NCBI RefSeq assembly: GCF_018389705.1
Contig: NZ_CP065581.1
Span: 1 to 32,000 of the forward strand
Length of the DNA: 32,000 nucleotides
Origin: Mycoplasma mycoides subsp. capri
GTDB lineage: Bacteria > Bacillota_I > Bacilli_A > Mycoplasmatales > Mycoplasmataceae
Direction: 5' to 3'
Shown: positions 10,970 through 21,959 of the stretch, piece after piece
Layout: the number at the start of each line of letters is the position of its first letter
Numbering within the stretch: the stretch's first letter is position 1
The notes under the pieces: model-generated
Databases searched by the model: none
The model's input: the letters and a program-made list of their open reading frames with translations, nothing else
What the model was told of the DNA's origin: nothing
Made by a program: the position numbers and the translations under genes

Positions 10970-13536
10970 TATTTAGTCTCCTTTAACATTGTGTTTGTTA
11001 AATTTAGAATTTTTAAATTAGTTTGTTCTTTTAAAGACTTTTCTAAATTAAATAAATTTTCTAAATCAGCTAGATTTTTTCTTGGTGCTTTTTTTATTAT
11101 TTGTTCGTAGTTATTTTTTTCATCTTGTACAACTTGTTTAGCTTGACTAATTCATTGTTGATATTTATCAATTAGTTCTTGTTCTTCAACTCTTGTAATA
11201 ACATAACTAATTTGTTTTTTAAGATTAGTAATTAGTTTAAAAGTAGTTAAACTGATTTTTGATTTTTGTTTAATATGTTCTGGTGCATCATATTCACTAA
11301 TTATATTTTGTGTTAAAACTTCATCAATTTTAGATTTAATTTCTAAAGCATTTTTTAAAGTTTTTTGATTAGATTTAATTGCTTGTTTGTTAAGATTTAA
11401 ATCTAAATTATCTGTAATTAAAGTTTTTAAATCATTTAATAAGCTAACTGCTTTATTAACATCACTTTGAGAAAGATTCATATCAATTGCTTGTAAACGC
11501 TTTTGTTTTAATACGAGTGCAGCTTTTTTAGATTCTTTAAAGCGATCTTTTTCTTTATTTAAATAATTATTGTATTGATGTAAAATGTCTTGTAATTGAA
11601 CTTGTTCTTGTTTAACTATATTTTTTTGATTTTTATATTTATTTTTTTGTTCTAAAATTTTAGCATTAGCTTGTTTTTTTACAACTTTTATTTGTTCTTT
11701 AAGTTGCTTAATTTTTTCAAGTTTTTCAGAATTATTAGTTTGAGTTGAACTTTTATTTAAATTAGATATTTGTTTTTCTAATCTTAGTTCTGATTTAATG
11801 TTTTTGATTTGTTCTTTAAGTTGAGCAATAGTTTTTAGTTTGTTTGCTTTAATTTCAATAATATTGTTGTGAGAATCAAATTTATAAGTAATAATTCCTA
11901 TTTGACTTTCTTTAAAGACTTTAATTTGTTGAATTTTTAATCTATGTGTTTTTTTAGCTTGTTTGATGTTTGTTTGATATTCATTTAGAATGCTTGAAAT
12001 TATTTTTTGTATTTTATATTTGTGATCAGCTAGTTCTAAATCAAGATCGCGTAAATTTTGAATATATTTAGAAGCTAGTAAGTTAACTTGTTTATTTAAA
12101 TCATTTTTTAATCCATTAACATTAAGTGAATTTTTATCTTGATCAACAAATTTTTTAATTTCATCAATTTTAGATTTAACTAAATAAATTGATTGTTTTA
12201 AATCATTTTTTAATTCTATTTTAATGTTTTTTCTACCATTTCAAAATAGGTGAGGATTTGAAGTTTTATTTGTTATTTGATTTTGTTTAGTATAAATTTG
12301 ATATTTATTATTAACTTCTTGTTTGTATTCTTTTGTAAAAATTAAAAAGATTTTTTTAAGTCTTAGTTTAAAAGTATATAGTTTTAATTTTCAATAAATT
12401 TCTCTATTAACTTTTGAAGTATATAGATTGTATTTATTTTTTAGTAATTCTCAAGGTTTAAAAGCAATAAACACTGAAACAATAGCTGTAAAGTAAATTA
12501 AAATTCCAGAAATTAAACCACTAATTTGAGTTGAAATACTATAAAGAGATGAAATAGGACCACCACCAGTTTTAATAATTGCTCATAACCAACCAATAGC
12601 AATAATTCCTATTGGATTATTAAATGCAACTAGTGAAACTGCAATTGCATCAAATCCTAAAGTAGGTAAACTATTTGAAGCAAAGAAGTTGTTTGGAGAA
12701 ACTGTAAACATTGATAAAAATCCAGCTATTCCAGCAACAGCTCCAGATAAAGTTAGTGATGCTATGATTTGTCTTTTAACATTAATTCCAATATATTTTG
12801 ATCCTGTTATTGATGGTCCAACTGCTTTTAATTTAAACCCTAAAACTGTTTTTGAAAATAATATTCAAATAATAACTACACAAATTAAAGCAATTAATAA
12901 AGGAATAATTACTGTATTTGATCCAATACTTAATTGGTCTGATGGAATATTTTTTGAAGTATAAGATAATCCTGAAGAAAAATCTTGATATCTTCCAAAA
13001 AATCATTTAAATATATAAAACACTGATCAGTTTAATAATATAGTTGAAACAACTTCATGTATGTTAAATAAAGCTTTTAATATACCTGCAATAAAAGCAA
13101 TAAATGCAGCTGATATTATACAAGTTATTAACATTAAAATAATCATAAATGGAGTTATAGAACTAGCATCTTTTCCACTTATAGAAAAAAATACAATTGT
13201 AGCAACACTTGTTGCAGTTAGTATTTGACCTGATGCTCCAATATTAAACACTCCTGCTTTAAAAGCAATTGCCATTGATAATCCAGCAACAATATATACA
13301 GCCATTCAGTTTAAACTAATTTGATAAAAGTTCTTATCAAAATTAATTCCAAATAAAAGTGCAAAATATGTAAATGGATTAATATTTAAAAATGATAAGA
13401 AAATACCTGAAACTATAAACCCAACAATAATTGAAAAAATAGAACCTTTAATGTATTTTAGTTTAGTTTTTGTAGAATCTGAACCAAATAAATATTTAGA
13501 TTTTTTAGATAATGTTCAAAATATTTTAGATTGCAT
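10969..13536 (-). CDS. rnsC: ABC transporter permease (about 360 aa polytopic domain) fused to a ~496-aa C-terminal K/Q/N/E-rich coiled-coil tail; 855 aa in total
   Basis: ATG at 13536 (overlaps the end of the ATPase gene by 11 nt). I checked all triplets in this frame from 13536 to 10972 and found only TGA codons, no TAA/TAG. TAA at 10969-10971 shares its last A with the next ATG. The last TM '...ISGLISGILIYFTAIVSVFIAF' ends near 12460. The tail includes '...QLKEQIKNIKSELRLEKQ...' and '...QLKEQIKVVKKQANAKILEQ...'. Confidence 0.85.
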
Positions 13537-15142
13537 TAGTTTTCATCTCCTTTCTATTTTTTGTTGTTTTAGTAACTTGATTTTGTTTAATTTGTTCTAA
13601 AGTTTGACCAATCATTAAAGCTCCGATTTCTTCTTTTTTAGCTTTTTTAGCAGGTAATTCACCGATTAGTTTTCCATCATTAATAACAACTATTCTATCT
13701 GCTAGAGCAATTACTTCATTTAAATCATAAGAAACTAGTAAAATAGCTCTACCTTTTTCTTTTTCTTTTAAAATGTGAGAATGAACATTTTCTATAGCTC
13801 CAACATCAAGTCCTCTAGTAGGTTGAACAACTATTAATAAATCATGATCTTTTTTAATTTCTCTTCCTACAATAGCTTTTTGTTGATTACCACCAGATAA
13901 TCCTCTTGCTATTGCAGTACCATTTCTAGAACCTCTTATATCAAATTCTTTAATAATTAATTGAGCATATCTAGAAATTGCTTTTTTGTTTATAAATCCA
14001 AATTGTGAAAACGGTTTTTTATCTATTTCTTGACTTACAATATTTTCTTCAACTGAAAAGTCTAATAACATACCATATTTATGGCGATCTTCTGGAATAT
14101 GACTCATTCCCATGTCATATCTTGTTTTAATATTACTATTAACAATGTTTATCTTTTTATAAACAATACCACCACTAACTGGTTTAACTAATCCTGTTAT
14201 TGCTTGAATTAATTCACGTTGGCCATTTCCTTCAACTCCAGCAACAGCTACAATTTCTCCCGGTCTAACTTTTATATTAAAAGTTTCTAGTCCATAAACT
14301 TTATGATTTGTATCTTTTTTAACTATTAAATTAATTACATCTAATATAGGTTCATCAGATAAGGGTTTTTTATATTTGTTTTTAACTTCAACAAGTTTTC
14401 TACCAACCATTGCTTCAGCGATTTCATTCCCACTAACCATTGAAACATCTAAATCTACAATCTTTTTACCTAATCTAATAACAGTAGCAACATTAGCAAC
14501 TTGTTTTATTTCATCCATTTTATGTGAAATAAAAATTATTGTTTTTCCTGCTTTTTGTAGGTTTTTCATAATCTGTAAAAGACTTTGAATTTGTTGAGGA
14601 GTTAAAACTGCAGTAGGTTCATCAAAAACTAAGATATCTGCTTTTCTATATAAAACTTTTAAAATTTCTACACGTTGTTGCAAACCAACTGAAATATCTT
14701 GAATTTTTGCATCTAAATCAACATATAAATCGTATTTATTCATTATGTCAATTAATTCTGCTCGCATTTTAGTTTTATTTAAAAATATATTTGATTTTGT
14801 TTGTTCAACACCTAATATAATATTTTCTAAAACTGTATTGACTTCAACTAGTTTAAAATGTTGGTGAACCATACCAATACCTAGTTTATTTGCTTTAATT
14901 GGATTTGAAATAATTTCTTCTTTGCCATTAACTTTAATTGTTCCAGAAGTTGGCTGGTATAAACCAAATAGAATTGACATTAATGTAGATTTACCAGCTC
15001 CATTTTCACCAACAAGAGCGTGTATATCACCTTTTTTAACTTTAATTGTTATATCATCATTAGCAACAATAGCACCATTTAAAAACGTCTTAGTAATATT
15101 TTGCATTTCAATAGCATAATCAATTTTTTGTTCTTTATTCAT
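13526..15142 (-). CDS. rnsA: ABC transporter ATP-binding protein with duplicated ATPase domains (538 aa)
   Basis: Single intact ORF. Walker A 'GENGAGKST', Q-loop/signature 'ISVGLQQRVEILK', Walker B 'ILVFDEPTA'. Second domain 'GVEGNGQRE', 'LSGGNQQKAIV', 'LLIVVQPTRGLDVGA'. AAGGAGCA Shine-Dalgarno upstream. Confidence 0.95.
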   Translation of the reverse strand: MNKEQKIDYAIEMQNITKTFLNGAIVANDDITIKVKKGDIHALVGENGAGKSTLMSILFGLYQPTSGTIKVNGKEEIISNPIKANKLGIGMVHQHFKLVEVNTVLENIILGVEQTKSNIFLNKTKMRAELIDIMNKYDLYVDLDAKIQDISVGLQQRVEILKVLYRKADILVFDEPTAVLTPQQIQSLLQIMKNLQKAGKTIIFISHKMDEIKQVANVATVIRLGKKIVDLDVSMVSGNEIAEAMVGRKLVEVKNKYKKPLSDEPILDVINLIVKKDTNHKVYGLETFNIKVRPGEIVAVAGVEGNGQRELIQAITGLVKPVSGGIVYKKINIVNSNIKTRYDMGMSHIPEDRHKYGMLLDFSVEENIVSQEIDKKPFSQFGFINKKAISRYAQLIIKEFDIRGSRNGTAIARGLSGGNQQKAIVGREIKKDHDLLIVVQPTRGLDVGAIENVHSHILKEKEKGRAILLVSYDLNEVIALADRIVVINDGKLIGELPAKKAKKEEIGALMIGQTLEQIKQNQVTKTTKNRKEMKTNAI

Positions 15143-15153
15143 AGTTATGCTCC

Positions 15154-16800
15154 TTATTTTTTAGTAGATTGAATTAACATTTCTCAATAGTTTTTTATTC
15201 CTGCTATACCATTATTATTTAATGTTAATTTTTCTCATTCTTCATCTTTAATGCTTTTTGAAATTGATTCTAATGCTTTATCTAATGATGTTTTTGTTAA
15301 GTATTGTTTAAAAGTTTCACCTGATTTAAGTAGTGTTTCTTTAAGATTTTTTTCTATTTCTTTTGCTTTATCTTTTGAATAATCAATAGATTCAACTGAT
15401 AAGTTAGCAGCATTTGTTAAAGAACCATTAACTTTTTCAATACTTCATTTAGTGTCTGCTTTTCTTGATGATGAAATAGATCAATCTGCTTGTTCTCCAA
15501 CTAAAGTTGTTCCGTCTTTAATTTCTTTTTCATGTTTTGATGTATATGTTTTATCTTTAATAGTAGCTTTTTGTAGTGATCTTGCTCTATTTAAAGCATA
15601 AACTGAAGCTGAAACAATGTTTTTCTTTGCACTTGTAATAAATCTAGTTTCATTACCTTTTTTAGAAGAACCAACACTTGTAACTTGATCAGTATCAACA
15701 CCAATAACATAAGGTTTATGACCAGTTGATTCTAAAACATCATTAATTTGAGGTCCAGCAACTGGAAAAATAATATCAGCTTGATTTTTAATTAAAGAAT
15801 CAACTATTCCTGATTTTTTAGCTCCACCAACGTCAAATCCTTTTGAAAATCAAGAACTTTCATTAACATCATTTAGTTTTTCAACTTCAGCTTTTGATCC
15901 TAAATTAGCATAATAAACTGGTTTTAGTTTATATTTAACTGTTTGTTTTTTATTATCTGTTAATTCAATTTCTTTTCCTGCAAATTTATTATTATAAACA
16001 TGCATTGCAGCAAGTAATCCTCACATATAATTATCAACAGCATTTTTGTTAGTAATTCCACCAAACATACCTATTGATATGTATTTATTACCTGTTGTTG
16101 AACCTTGTAAGACCATATCAGTTTTAGAATTTGATGCATCAATGGCTTCTTTTGAAAATTCACCACTATTTAAACTAGTCATTTTGGGGAGATTTGCTCA
16201 CATTATTGCATCTCAACCCGCATTAAATCCAGCTAGTTCTGAATTAAAAATAACTGAAATAACATTATCTTTTTTATATTGTGCATCTAAAAAGACAACA
16301 GTTTTATTACCAGCTTTTTTCATTCTATCAGCAGCATAATCAACTGCTCCTAAATGACCAAATGCAGCTAGTAATAATGCATCTGCCTTTTTATAGATTG
16401 CTGTATTATAAGAAGTTCTAAAAGCATCAATTGTATGATCGGGCGTTTCTACATAGTTGTTACTATTTTGTTTTGCATATTCATAATCTTCATTTATGAA
16501 CATATGTTGTTTTTCATCTCATTTAGTGTGCCCACCAATTGAACTTTTGTAATTAAATTGTCTTGCTTCTAATTCATTTTTAATATCAAAATTACTATGA
16601 ATTTGAGACCCATATTTAATTACACCTTCTCAAGAACTTTCATTAAAAGTTTTATCTCTAATGTTACCTCCATCAGTAACAACTAAAACTCTTTGGCCTA
16701 AAATTCCTTCAGCAAAAGTTGGAACTTTACATGAAATCACCATTGAAACTGAACCACTAATTCCAATGAATGTTGTTAAAACTGTTAAAAGCTTTTTCAT
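15154..16800 (-). CDS. rnsB: BMP-family substrate-binding lipoprotein of the ABC importer (548 aa)
   Basis: AAGGGGG Shine-Dalgarno, then ATG 16800. Signal peptide plus lipobox 'MKKLLTVLTTFIGISGSVSMVISC'. PBP/BMP-like body ('VLVVTDGGNIRDKTFNES', 'GVDTDQVT'). I checked the frame in triplets: open (TGA=Trp only) to TAA at 15154-15156. Confidence 0.88.
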
Positions 16801-16960
16801 TAATAACCCCCTTAAATATATTTAAATAAAAAAACTAATGTAAATATTTTTTTTGTATAGATTAGTATTTCAATTTAGATTATTTTTTGTTGTTAATAGA
16901 ATTATTTAAAACTTTGTGATCTAGTTATAAATCTTTTTAAATAAGTTTTAAAAGATCAAA

Positions 16961-16987
16961 AAAATCTCAGAAAAAGTCTGAGATTTT
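16961..16987 (-). terminator. Intrinsic terminator of metG (also able to act on the other strand)
   Basis: AAAATCTCAGA-AAAAG-TCTGAGATTTT: perfect 11-bp arms starting at the metG stop codon. On the minus-strand RNA the stem is followed by a U-run (A7 at 16958-16964 on the plus strand). Confidence 0.8.
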
Positions 16988-18516
16988 TATTCTTTAATTC
17001 TATTAAAAATTACCTTTTTATCATTTAATTTATTGAATTTAATATTAGAAAAACTCTTAAGATTTTCAAAGTCAATTTGAACGTTTTCTAATCCAGATTG
17101 TTCGATCATATCTTTATATGAATCAACTAAAACTGGTTTTAATAAATAAGAAATGATTGCAATATTTCTTTGTAAAGTAGCTAAAACAGTTTTTAGCTCT
17201 TCAATTTTGTTTTCTTTTTCTAAATTTCAAGGTGCTTTAGTTTCAATATATTTATTACATGCATTAGATAATTCTAAAACCACTTTAATAGCTTCACTAA
17301 TTTTATATTGGTCCATATTAAAAATATAGTTATCAATTGTTTTGATACCTAAATCAATTAATTCTTGATCATAATTAATATTATTTAAATCAATATATCC
17401 ATTAAAATATTTACTAATCATGTTATGAGTTCTACTTATTAAATTACCTACATTATTAGCTAAATGAGCATTAAATGATTCAATAAATAATTCAAGACTA
17501 AAATTACCATCTTTTTCAGTTGGTAGATCATTTGCTATATAAAATCTTAAAGCATCAGCTGAATATAATTCAATAATTTTAACTGGATCAATTACATTTC
17601 CTAAAGATTTACTCATTTTAGTATTTTTATTTAAAATTCATCCGTGACCTAGTAAATGTGTGGGTTGTTTTAAATTTAAAGCTTCTAACATTACTGGTCA
17701 ATAAATTGAGTGAAACCTAATAATTTCTTTTCCAGCTAATTGTAAAATTTCACAATCATCATTTTGTCAAAACTTTTTAAACAATGAGTCATCTTCTTGA
17801 AGATATCCTAAAGCTGTTATATAGTTACTTAAAGCATCTAATCAAACATAAATTATATGTCTTTGATCTTCAGTAATTGGAATACCTCACTTAAAACTTA
17901 CTCTAGTTACTGATAAATCTTTTAATCCTGGTTCAACAAAATTTTTTAACATCTCATTTCTTCTATATTCAGGAATTAAGAAGTCTGATTTTAAAACATT
18001 TTGCACAAATTCTTGAAACTGACTAACTTTTAAAAAGTAAGTATCTTCATTAACTAATTGTGGTTTTGTGTTTGAAATTTTACATAATCCATTTTCATCA
18101 ATTTGTTCATTAGTTAAAAACTCTTCACAACTAACACAATATATTCCTTCATATTGTCCTTTATAGATATATCCTTTTTCTAATAAAATAGTGAAGATTT
18201 TTTGAACTGCTTTTTCATGATAATCATCTGTAGTTCTAATGAATTTATCATAATTAATATTTAATTTAGTTCATAAATCTTTAAAAGCTTGTACTTTAGG
18301 GTTTAGATATTCTAGTGGTGTTAGATTAGCTTCTTTTGCTTTGTTTTCAATCTTTTGACCATGTTCATCACTACCTGTTAAAAAGAAAGTCTCATAGCCT
18401 TGTTCTTTTTTATATCTATTTAAAATATCAGCTAGTGTTGTTGTATAAGCATGACCTAGATGTAAATTACCACTAGGATAATAAATTGGTGTGGTTATAT
18501 AAAATTTCTTTGACAT
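16987..18516 (-). CDS. metG: Methionine--tRNA ligase (509 aa)
   Basis: '[16 protein letters not shown]' (HIGH motif) and 'KMSKSLGN' (KMSKS). Track fragments 18271-18516 and 17227-17616 are in the same frame. I checked all triplets and found only TGA interruptions. TAA at 16987-16989. Confidence 0.96.
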
Positions 18517-18655
18517 ATTATCCTTTCATAAGTATTATTTTACCAAGAATATCTTTTATATATTTTTATATATTTCAACCTGTTTAAAATATATTGTAAG
18601 TAATTAATATTTAAAGTATGAAAAATTAAGTTTTTTTGATAAATTATGTACTAAT

Positions 18656-18684
18656 TTTAGATATTTTAGCTATGTTGTTATAAT
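18656..18684 (+). promoter_or_regulatory. Candidate promoter of the lipoprotein array (extended -10)
   Basis: TTTAGA (18656-18661), 17-nt spacer, TGtTATAAT (TG at 18676-18677, TATAAT at 18679-18684), 31 nt upstream of ATG 18716. I saw no comparable signal or terminator in the three short gaps inside the array. Confidence 0.45.
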
Positions 18685-18715
18685 ATTTTCGAAAAAATTT
18701 TGTAGGTATATTATT

Positions 18716-18805
18716 ATGAAAAAAGCGACTAAATTATTATTATCTATTTTACCAATATCATCAATTAGTTTTTTAAGTGTAATTTCATGTTCAACAACAA
18801 ATTCA
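18716..18805 (+). repeat. Conserved ~90-nt 5' cassette (signal peptide + lipobox), copy 1
   Basis: ATGAAAAAAGC(G/A)ACTAAATTATTATTATCTAT... is shared by all four genes with only a handful of substitutions. Confidence 0.9.
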
Positions 18806-20323
18806 AATGCAAAACAACCAGATAAAAAGCCTGAAAAACCAAATGAAAAAGACCCAATAATTCCTAAAAAACCAGATGATAAAAAACCTAATAATAAACC
18901 TGATTCAAATATTCCAAGTGAAAATAAAGACCCATCTAAACCCGATAAAACTCCAAATACTTCAGATACTAACCCAAAACAACCTGAAGAAGATTCTAAA
19001 AAACCTGATGAACAGCCACATGGTGATCATCCTAATAATAATCACCCACATAATAATCAACCTGCTGACCAACCTGAAGTTAATAAAGTGGATTTCTATG
19101 ACTTAGATAAAATCAAAACTGAGCTATCATATAAATCTATTAAGTTATATGCAGATAAAGATCCTAGATCAGCATGATTTGATTTAAAGAATGATTTAAA
19201 TACCTTTTCTAATCTTTTATATAGAGAATATGAAAATATAAAAAATAAATATACCTTAAGTTTTGAAGATGATATTCCTGTATTTAATTTTGCAAAAGGT
19301 TTAATTGATAAAGTTAAAGTTAAGTTTACTAAAAACAATGAACACAAAGTAATTTCATTCACTTTAATGGGGTTTAAAACAAGCGAAAAAGTAATTAACA
19401 ATAAAGAGAGATACATAAAAGAAAAATCCGAATTAAATAGTAAATTTAAAGGCTTATATCCTTCATTAGTTGCTTTTATGTTAATGTATGCTGAAGATTC
19501 ACAAAGTTATAAATCACTAGAACAAAAAGGAAAAACAGTAGGTTTTGATGAATTGAATTATCCAAATAATGATTTGTTTGGAAGTGATTATCAGGGAATT
19601 AATCAAGTAACTAAGAAGTTGTTACTAAATTATGATTATGAATTATCTAAACTTTATAAAGATAAAATAACTGAAGTTAAATATGATGATATAAATGGAA
19701 CATTAGGACTTAAAATTGAAATTTCAAATATAGAGAATAATCCAAAAACCGAAAAAGAAAGCGTTTTAATAAAAGAATTTAATATTAAAGGTTTTAGAAG
19801 TATAGATTTTAAAAATGAAGATAAAAATGTTTTATCTTTTATATTGTTGCAAAATAGTTTAAAAGAAATGGTACAAAAAGGAAGTTTGAAAAAAACTATA
19901 GAATTACTAAAACCATATGATCAATATGGAGTAAAAATACCACTTGAACAAACTACTGGTACGGGTTTAAAAGATGAAATATTTAAATACTTATTAATAA
20001 ATATATTTGACAATTCTTATCATATTTATAATTCTACTCAATCATTGAGTCTTTTAAATAACAGCAAAAATGATAATAAATCAATATTGGGTCTAGCTGG
20101 ACATATGTCAATTTATCCATTTCATACCAGAATTACAAAAGAATCTATTGATAATATTTTTATAACAATCAATAAAGAAGAGGATAATAAAATTAAAGTT
20201 ATACTTGATTTTGAAATTAAAATCCCTATTTATTCAGTTGGATATAGTGATTTAAAATCTCCTGGAACAGGTGCTTCAACTCCATTGGTACTAAAAATAA
20301 ATTCTACTGCTTTAATTGATTAA
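18716..20323 (+). CDS. Surface lipoprotein, paralog 1 of 4 (535 aa): lipobox signal peptide, Pro/Lys/Asp-rich linker, conserved C-terminal module
   Basis: 'MKKATKLLLSILPISSISFLSVISC' (Cys25 lipobox). PxKP-type low-complexity region to about aa 120. Track ORFs 18716-19177 and 19367-20323 are one frame joined by TGA=Trp ('RSAWFDLK'). It may belong to the mycoides-cluster LppA/P72-like lipoproteins; this is from memory and unverified. Confidence 0.85.
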
Positions 20324-20352
20324 TTTGTATAAGTTAAAGTGAGGATATAATT

Positions 20353-20442
20353 ATGAAAAAAGCAACTAAATTATTATTATCTATTTTACCAATTTCATCA
20401 ATTAGTCTTTTAAGTGTAATTTCATGTTCAACAAGAAATTCA
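20353..20442 (+). repeat. Conserved ~90-nt 5' cassette, copy 2
   Basis: Near-identical to 18716-18805. Confidence 0.9.
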
Positions 20443-21855
20443 AATAATATGGAATCTGATAAAACTCCAAAAATGCCTGAAAATGATTCAACTAAACCTA
20501 GTGAAGATCCTAAAAAACCCGAAGAAAATCAACTTAAAAAACCAGATGAACAACCTCAAGGTGATGATTCTAATAATAATGTTCAACCACATAATGATCA
20601 ACCTGCTGATCAACCTGAGACTCATATAGTGAATTTTTCTGATGTAGATAAACTGCCAAGAGAAATTTCATTAGAACATTTTACTAATTACAAAAATAAG
20701 CCTTTAGAATCGGCTTGATCAGATTTGCAAAAGGATAGCACCGTTTTTAGTCATATTCTTTTTAAAAATCTTAAAGGATATAAAATTAGTTTTGAAAACA
20801 CAAGTGCTGTTAAATTTGATCATTCAAAGGGTGTTATTGGTAATGTAAAAATTAAATTTACAAAAGAAGGTAAAACCATAACACGTGTGTTTATGTTTAC
20901 TGGTCTTAAGAAAAATGAAGAGATAAAACCAAATCAACCAAAGAACAATAAAGATAATTATATAAAACCAAGATCTGTAGATAATAGATTATCTGGTCTT
21001 TTTCCTTCATTACTAGCTTATATGTTATTATTTGTTGAAGATAATAAAAAATATGAAGAAATTCAATGAAATAAAAATTCAATAAACTTTGACCAATTAA
21101 AAAATAAAAATACTAACTTCTTTGATGAAAGTTTTGTTGGCTTTAATGTAGGGACAAAAGAATTGCTATTTGAATATAATGAAAATGATAGAACTAAATA
21201 TGAAGATAAAATAACAAGTGCAAAATATGATGATATTAATGGTGAACTTGGTTTAGAAGTAGAAATTAAAAATAGAAAAGATAGCAACTTAAGTGAACCA
21301 GGTATAACAAAAGTATTTAATTTTAAGGGCTTTAGAAAAACTAACTTTAATAATCAAGATGATAATGTTTTATCTTTATCATTACTACCAAGTGATTTAA
21401 AAGATCTTGCTACTAAAGGTTCTTTAAAATCAGATATTAATAAGGCAATAGAATCTAAAGAATTTAGTAAGAAGATATCTATTTCAAACAATGATTTTAT
21501 AAAAAATGAATTATTTAAAAAATTAATATTAAATGTAGTAGATAATGAGAATCATATATATAGAGATACACAGTCACTAAAATTAGATTACAGTAATAAG
21601 AGTGGAGAAAGCAATACAATAATAGCATTTAATGACGGAACATCATTATATCCATTACATACAAAAATTGATAAAGATTCAATAGGTGATATTTTTATTA
21701 CTATCACTAATGAAGATGGGCAAAATAAATTAGAAATTGAATTAAACGTTAACATACCTTTTTATGCATCAAATCTAAATGATCTAACATCTCATTCAAC
21801 AAGTCAAGATAAAACATTAGAATACAAAATTAATGCGTCTACTAGAATTGGTTAA
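20353..21855 (+). CDS. Surface lipoprotein, paralog 2 of 4 (500 aa)
   Basis: GTGAGGA Shine-Dalgarno. Same signal peptide/lipobox ('...LSVISC'). Three track ORFs (20353-20718, 20725-21069, 21163-21855) are one frame joined by TGA=Trp at 20716 and 21067. Confidence 0.85.
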
Positions 21856-21869
21856 AGTAAAGGATAACT

Positions 21870-21959
21870 ATGAAAAAAGCAACTAAATTATTATTATCTA
21901 TATTACCCATTTCATCAATTAGTCTTTTAAGTGTGGTTTCTTGTTCAACAACAAATTCT
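21870..21959 (+). repeat. Conserved ~90-nt 5' cassette, copy 3
   Basis: Near-identical to 18716-18805. Shares the variants ATATTA and GTGGTTTCTTGT with copy 4. Confidence 0.9.

Noticed and set aside
12689..12964. 91-aa plus-strand ORF
   Set aside because: It lies antisense within the permease membrane domain (10969-13536), whose frame is supported by family-like hydrophobic sequence. It is a shadow ORF.
14376..15119. Two plus-strand ORFs (14376-14588 and 14922-15119)
   Set aside because: Both are antisense to the intact 538-aa ABC ATPase with clear Walker and signature motifs.
16046..16339. 97-aa plus-strand ORF
   Set aside because: It is antisense to the substrate-binding lipoprotein gene (15154-16800).
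16801..16960. Promoter of the ABC importer operon
   Set aside because: Several TATAAT-like strings occur on the minus strand in this AT-rich gap. None has a convincing -35 or extended -10, so I did not call a specific site.
18876..19416. ORFs 18876-19106 (+, alternative frame) and 19096-19416 (-) within lipoprotein gene 1
   Set aside because: These are alternative-frame or antisense readings of low-complexity sequence. The lipoprotein frame is supported by the signal peptide and by three paralogs.
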